The notes beneath the pieces are model-generated. The model was not told where the DNA came from. It saw only the letters and a list, made by a program, of their open reading frames with translations, and did no database searches. From Candidatus Nitrosocosmicus franklandianus (GTDB lineage Archaea; Thermoproteota; Nitrososphaeria; Nitrososphaerales; Nitrososphaeraceae), in contig NZ_LR216287.1 of assembly GCF_900696045.1 (NCBI RefSeq), positions 1,561,854 to 1,593,853 of the forward strand: 32,000 bases of DNA, given 5' to 3'. The position numbers and the translations under genes are program-made. Below are positions 28,977 to 32,000 of this stretch, one piece after another. Each line of letters begins with the position of its first letter. Within the stretch, counting starts at the first letter, position 1.

Positions 28977-29130
28977 GCTATTGATTGTAATAATTATAAA
29001 TTACTATAGATATATCTGCAAAAATAATGTAATATAGTAATAAAACTAAAGTAGATTTGATAATATTTGATACAAGAGAGAAGATGTGAAGTATAACGTT
29101 ATTGATTAACTTGCCTGATAAACAGATTCC

Positions 29131-30060
29131 CTACGAGATAATTGGCTCAACTCTTTGTACTGTTAAGGCATGATTATCGGTATATGTGCTTGAGATAATC
29201 TTGGTTTTGCTTATTAAGATACGTGATTCGTCAATAGTAGAGTTTGTGTCTTTGCCTAGTTCTGAATCTAGCTTATTTTTGATAAGGTTAAGAGGATTTG
29301 TTATTTCATTAGGCTTGATATCAAAAACAGCTGTAAGATTATCTGTTCTTTTCTCGTCATTAGAACGAATTGAAAAATCTGCTATTAAATACAGTGCTTC
29401 CTTGTTTAAGTCATCTAGTGTGTTTACCGTGTGTAACACATCTACATTTACTAAATCATCGATTTCTGATGAATTTATTACCATATTGCCAATTTGATTG
29501 TTTAAAAAATTATTTACAAGCAGTCCGTCACTAATGGTGATCTCTATTTTTACTATACCTTCTGTAAAACTATTTGGTATATTATTAATACTTTTGATAG
29601 TGCTGTTAGCGACATTATCCGGGTTTGTATGAGAAAATGGAAATATTTTTGCACAGTTAATGTTTACAATGCTTTCTGGAGGAATATTAAGAATATTGAA
29701 GTTACTTTTGTATTGCTGATCTACTGCAATTGCTTTCCAAATGACTGTAATTGGAAACTCCTTTTTATTAAAAATTGTAATATCTGAATCGTATTTTCCT
29801 GGTCTTAGGGGTCCGCTGTCATCATCGATGGAACCGCAATTAAATCTAGCAAAGTAGTTGACTGTGACTTCCCTTTGAGCTAATAAATTTGGATTTGAAT
29901 TGGACGAATTAATTGCTGTTGTGCTGGTGTCCATGGTTGTCTGGCCTAAAACATTCTTATTCAACCAGGATTCGCCTTCTCCTTCTCCTCCTTCTACTAA
30001 AATAAGAATTTGAGTAATAGACAAAGCTAATATGATGTAGAACTTATAGTGGCGGACCAT
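29131..30060 (-). CDS. secreted or membrane-anchored protein of unknown function
   Basis: N-terminal hydrophobic segment FYIILALSITQILILV followed by GGEGEGE. The body carries YFARFNCGS....GPLRPGKYDSDITIFN, INC and FTEGIVKIEI...VDVLHTV, a pattern I have seen in uncharacterised beta-rich proteins. I cannot name a family. Confidence 0.6.
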   Translation of the reverse strand: MVRHYKFYIILALSITQILILVEGGEGEGESWLNKNVLGQTTMDTSTTAINSSNSNPNLLAQREVTVNYFARFNCGSIDDDSGPLRPGKYDSDITIFNKKEFPITVIWKAIAVDQQYKSNFNILNIPPESIVNINCAKIFPFSHTNPDNVANSTIKSINNIPNSFTEGIVKIEITISDGLLVNNFLNNQIGNMVINSSEIDDLVNVDVLHTVNTLDDLNKEALYLIADFSIRSNDEKRTDNLTAVFDIKPNEITNPLNLIKNKLDSELGKDTNSTIDESRILISKTKIISSTYTDNHALTVQRVEPIIS

Positions 30061-30146
30061 TTAACAAACATTGTTCTTTTCGTCGATATAATTTTTATTA
30101 TAATTTTTAATAATAATTATATAGTCAAAAGCTCATGATTTAATAT

Positions 30147-31199
30147 ATGAAAGTTGTTTTCTCTTTAGTTATTATTGTTAGCTTGTTGTCTAGTCCATTA
30201 TTGACTTTCTCACTATTTTCTAAAAGTGTTTATGGTGATGGTCTTTTCATGGAAGAACTAGGCGCATCTCTTGGGGACCGTACTGCTAATTTGTTGATAA
30301 GAATGTCGCCTCCAGTGGTTACTACCGAGACAATTCAACAGCAAAGCCAAAAACCTGAAATACAATTTAGACTTTATGATAATCAGTCAGATCAGAACTT
30401 TAAAGAAGTGACGTATTTCATTACCATTGAAAAGGATGGAAAAACTTTGTTATCCGATTGGTTCTTCAATCCAAATGGAAATCTGACTATAGAAATGCAA
30501 CCAAGAAACCAAAACCAGATCTCGATTTATGGAGAGCTTGATCCAATTATGAATGCTTATACTACGAGGGGTAATGACCCGGTAGTAGCAGCCGGACCTA
30601 TATTCTTAGAGGGAGGATTGTATCACTTTATTGTTAGAATACTAACTGTAGACTTTTCACGCACTATTCTTCCCGACGATCAGCAGCCAGTATTTGATAG
30701 CTGGCTTAGTATAGGTGCAGCTGAAAACGCAGTTTTGGATGTCAACGGACAACAAATTCCGATTAAGGTTCTATCATACTATGATGAAATAGGAAATATA
30801 ACATATAATCAACAAGCCAATTCGATCAACTTTACAATGCCGTTTTCTTATGACCTAGAACGTATTTCAGATCCCGCAAATACGGTGTTTATTCATCAGG
30901 AAGTGGAAATTCCAAAACCCAGTCCACTCTCTGCAGAAGGTGGATATAAAGGATTTACAAACGGTAAGGATGTTACAAACGTACTGATGGTAGATGGAAA
31001 TAATGAAACAAAGGACGTTGTTCATTTTATGATAGCCAAACCAGCAGTTGAACAGATTGCCAGCGAGTATTTGAAGAAAACAGGTAGCAATAATACTGTA
31101 GAAGGACTAATGACCTTTTCTCTAATTCCATCCAAAAATGGTTCAATGGCAATGGGTGGAGCAATGGATCATATGATGCCTATGGATATGCCAATGTAA
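30147..31199 (+). CDS. secreted protein of unknown function with a Met/His-rich C-terminal tail
   Basis: Signal-peptide-like N-terminus MKVVFSLVIIVSLLSSPLLTFSLFSKSVYG. The body has VTYFITIEKDGKTL...GLYHFIVRILTVDF and FTMPFSYD...IHQEVEIP...Y.GF.NG. The last 17 aa are MAMGGAMDHMMPMDMPM. Confidence 0.65.
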   Translation: MKVVFSLVIIVSLLSSPLLTFSLFSKSVYGDGLFMEELGASLGDRTANLLIRMSPPVVTTETIQQQSQKPEIQFRLYDNQSDQNFKEVTYFITIEKDGKTLLSDWFFNPNGNLTIEMQPRNQNQISIYGELDPIMNAYTTRGNDPVVAAGPIFLEGGLYHFIVRILTVDFSRTILPDDQQPVFDSWLSIGAAENAVLDVNGQQIPIKVLSYYDEIGNITYNQQANSINFTMPFSYDLERISDPANTVFIHQEVEIPKPSPLSAEGGYKGFTNGKDVTNVLMVDGNNETKDVVHFMIAKPAVEQIASEYLKKTGSNNTVEGLMTFSLIPSKNGSMAMGGAMDHMMPMDMPM

Positions 31200-31353
31200 T
31201 AACCAAATGATATAAGGGTAGAAGAATGAAGATACTTAGGTCTGTATTTTTCTACTCTTGCTCTATCTAATTGCTAAGTAGTGTGTGTAATATACAATCA
31301 ATCAATACGATACGAATAACATTTTATATTATGGATTTATTTAAAAACTAAAT

Positions 31354-32000
31354 TTGGGTAATCGATATTCCTTTTTATTTGTCTTGTTCACGGTTATCGT
31401 TACCTTTACCTTTACTCTGATAATTACAATTACATTTTTCTATGTGTCTTTGAATGTTTATTTACCTTATTTTGAATTACTTCTACTACCTACAGAAAGA
31501 TTCTTGGAAGTGGCCCAAGGACTGGTATATGATGATACATTTTTGTCAGTTAATCCGGAACAGATGATGCTTTCTGAAAGCAATGATTTCTCTCCAATCA
31601 ATAATTCTAATACCTTTTTTACTAAAGGATTATTGTCTACTGTTTTAACTCCAGACCTTGGTTATTTAACAAAAAATATTTCTGGATTGTTGTCGCCCTC
31701 ACAACAACAACAACAGCACCTGCTACAAATGGATAATCGCAATGGATCTCAAAATCAGACTGTTCAGACCGACTTGTTTTATCTATATCCTAAGCTTGCC
31801 TCCGGGTCCTGGGTTCTTAATGTCTCTAAAGGCTTGGTCACTAATTTTCAAGCTAATTTTAAATTGGTCACTACAAACGGTATCGATAAGCATTTTATCG
31901 ATATCATAAATTTTAGAAACGCCGAGGGTTCTTTAATAGTATTTGATCAGTTTTCTAATACTATTATAAATGGATTCGCAGATATCAGAATTGATAGTGA
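31354..32000 (+). CDS. membrane-anchored protein of unknown function; 3'-truncated by the window edge and absent from the ORF track
   Basis: By hand translation the frame is open from 31345 to the window end. It reads ...ISFLFVLFTVIVTFTFTLIITITFFYVSL (TM), then LEVAQGLVYDD...SPSQQQQQHLLQMDNRNGSQ...SGSWVLNVSKGLVTNFQANFKLVTTNG... Only TTG (31354, 31384) or GTG (31444) starts are available. Confidence 0.45.
   Translation, partial: MGNRYSFLFVLFTVIVTFTFTLIITITFFYVSLNVYLPYFELLLLPTERFLEVAQGLVYDDTFLSVNPEQMMLSESNDFSPINNSNTFFTKGLLSTVLTPDLGYLTKNISGLLSPSQQQQQHLLQMDNRNGSQNQTVQTDLFYLYPKLASGSWVLNVSKGLVTNFQANFKLVTTNGIDKHFIDIINFRNAEGSLIVFDQFSNTIINGFADIRIDS

Larger units (their letters stand above)
28349..29122. 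repeat. 774-bp direct repeat, copy 2 (amoC cassette)
   Basis: Identical to 14842-15615 by hand comparison. Identity ends 8 nt from the stop codon of the 29131-30060 gene. Confidence 0.93.

Overview
AT-rich archaeal chromosomal segment (roughly one-third G+C by eye). It is almost certainly from an ammonia-oxidising archaeon of the Nitrososphaeria (Thaumarchaeota). The evidence is two copies of archaeal-type amoC together with archaeal hallmarks: gatD/gatE, rtcB, cdc48, a Sulfolobus-type zinc-ferredoxin-like dicluster ferredoxin, oligo-T terminators and TATA-like promoters. The low G+C and multiple orphan amoC copies would fit a soil Nitrososphaerales/Nitrosocosmicus-like lineage, but that is inference only.

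Most of the window is tightly packed housekeeping genes:
- a minus-strand operon HAD-hisB-hisH-hisA-hisF
- gatDE, glyA, smc, purB and rtcB
- dCMP deaminase, HIT, acylphosphatase and a LysA-like decarboxylase

I found no CRISPR array, rRNA, tRNA, transposase or integrase.

Points worth a second look:
1. A 774-bp cassette (promoter + amoC + oligo-T terminator) occurs twice in direct orientation, 13,507 bp apart. By my hand comparison the copies are identical at every base. They bracket about 12.7 kb of core genes.
2. A cluster of signal-peptide or membrane-anchored proteins of unknown function sits next to amoC copy 2. One ends in a Met/His-rich tail (MAMGGAMDHMMPMDMPM) resembling Cu(I)-binding Met motifs.
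3. A stand-alone 343-aa HAD phosphatase is translationally abutted to hisB (TAAATG). It is a candidate histidinol-phosphate phosphatase.
4. A geometrically canonical C/D-box (k-turn) RNA motif with a 6-bp terminal stem and its own TATA-like box lies in the spacer upstream of the dCMP deaminase gene.
5. An 873-bp ORF-free stretch with coding-like composition lies upstream of gatD.
6. A 790-aa membrane-anchored protein combines a PDE-like HD motif with a degenerate methyltransferase-like domain, immediately upstream of smc.
7. GatD and GatE both carry Ser-rich low-complexity insertions, including a 12-codon poly-Ser microsatellite in gatE.

All calls rest on motif recognition by eye. No database search was run, and hand-indexed coordinates may be off by a base or two.
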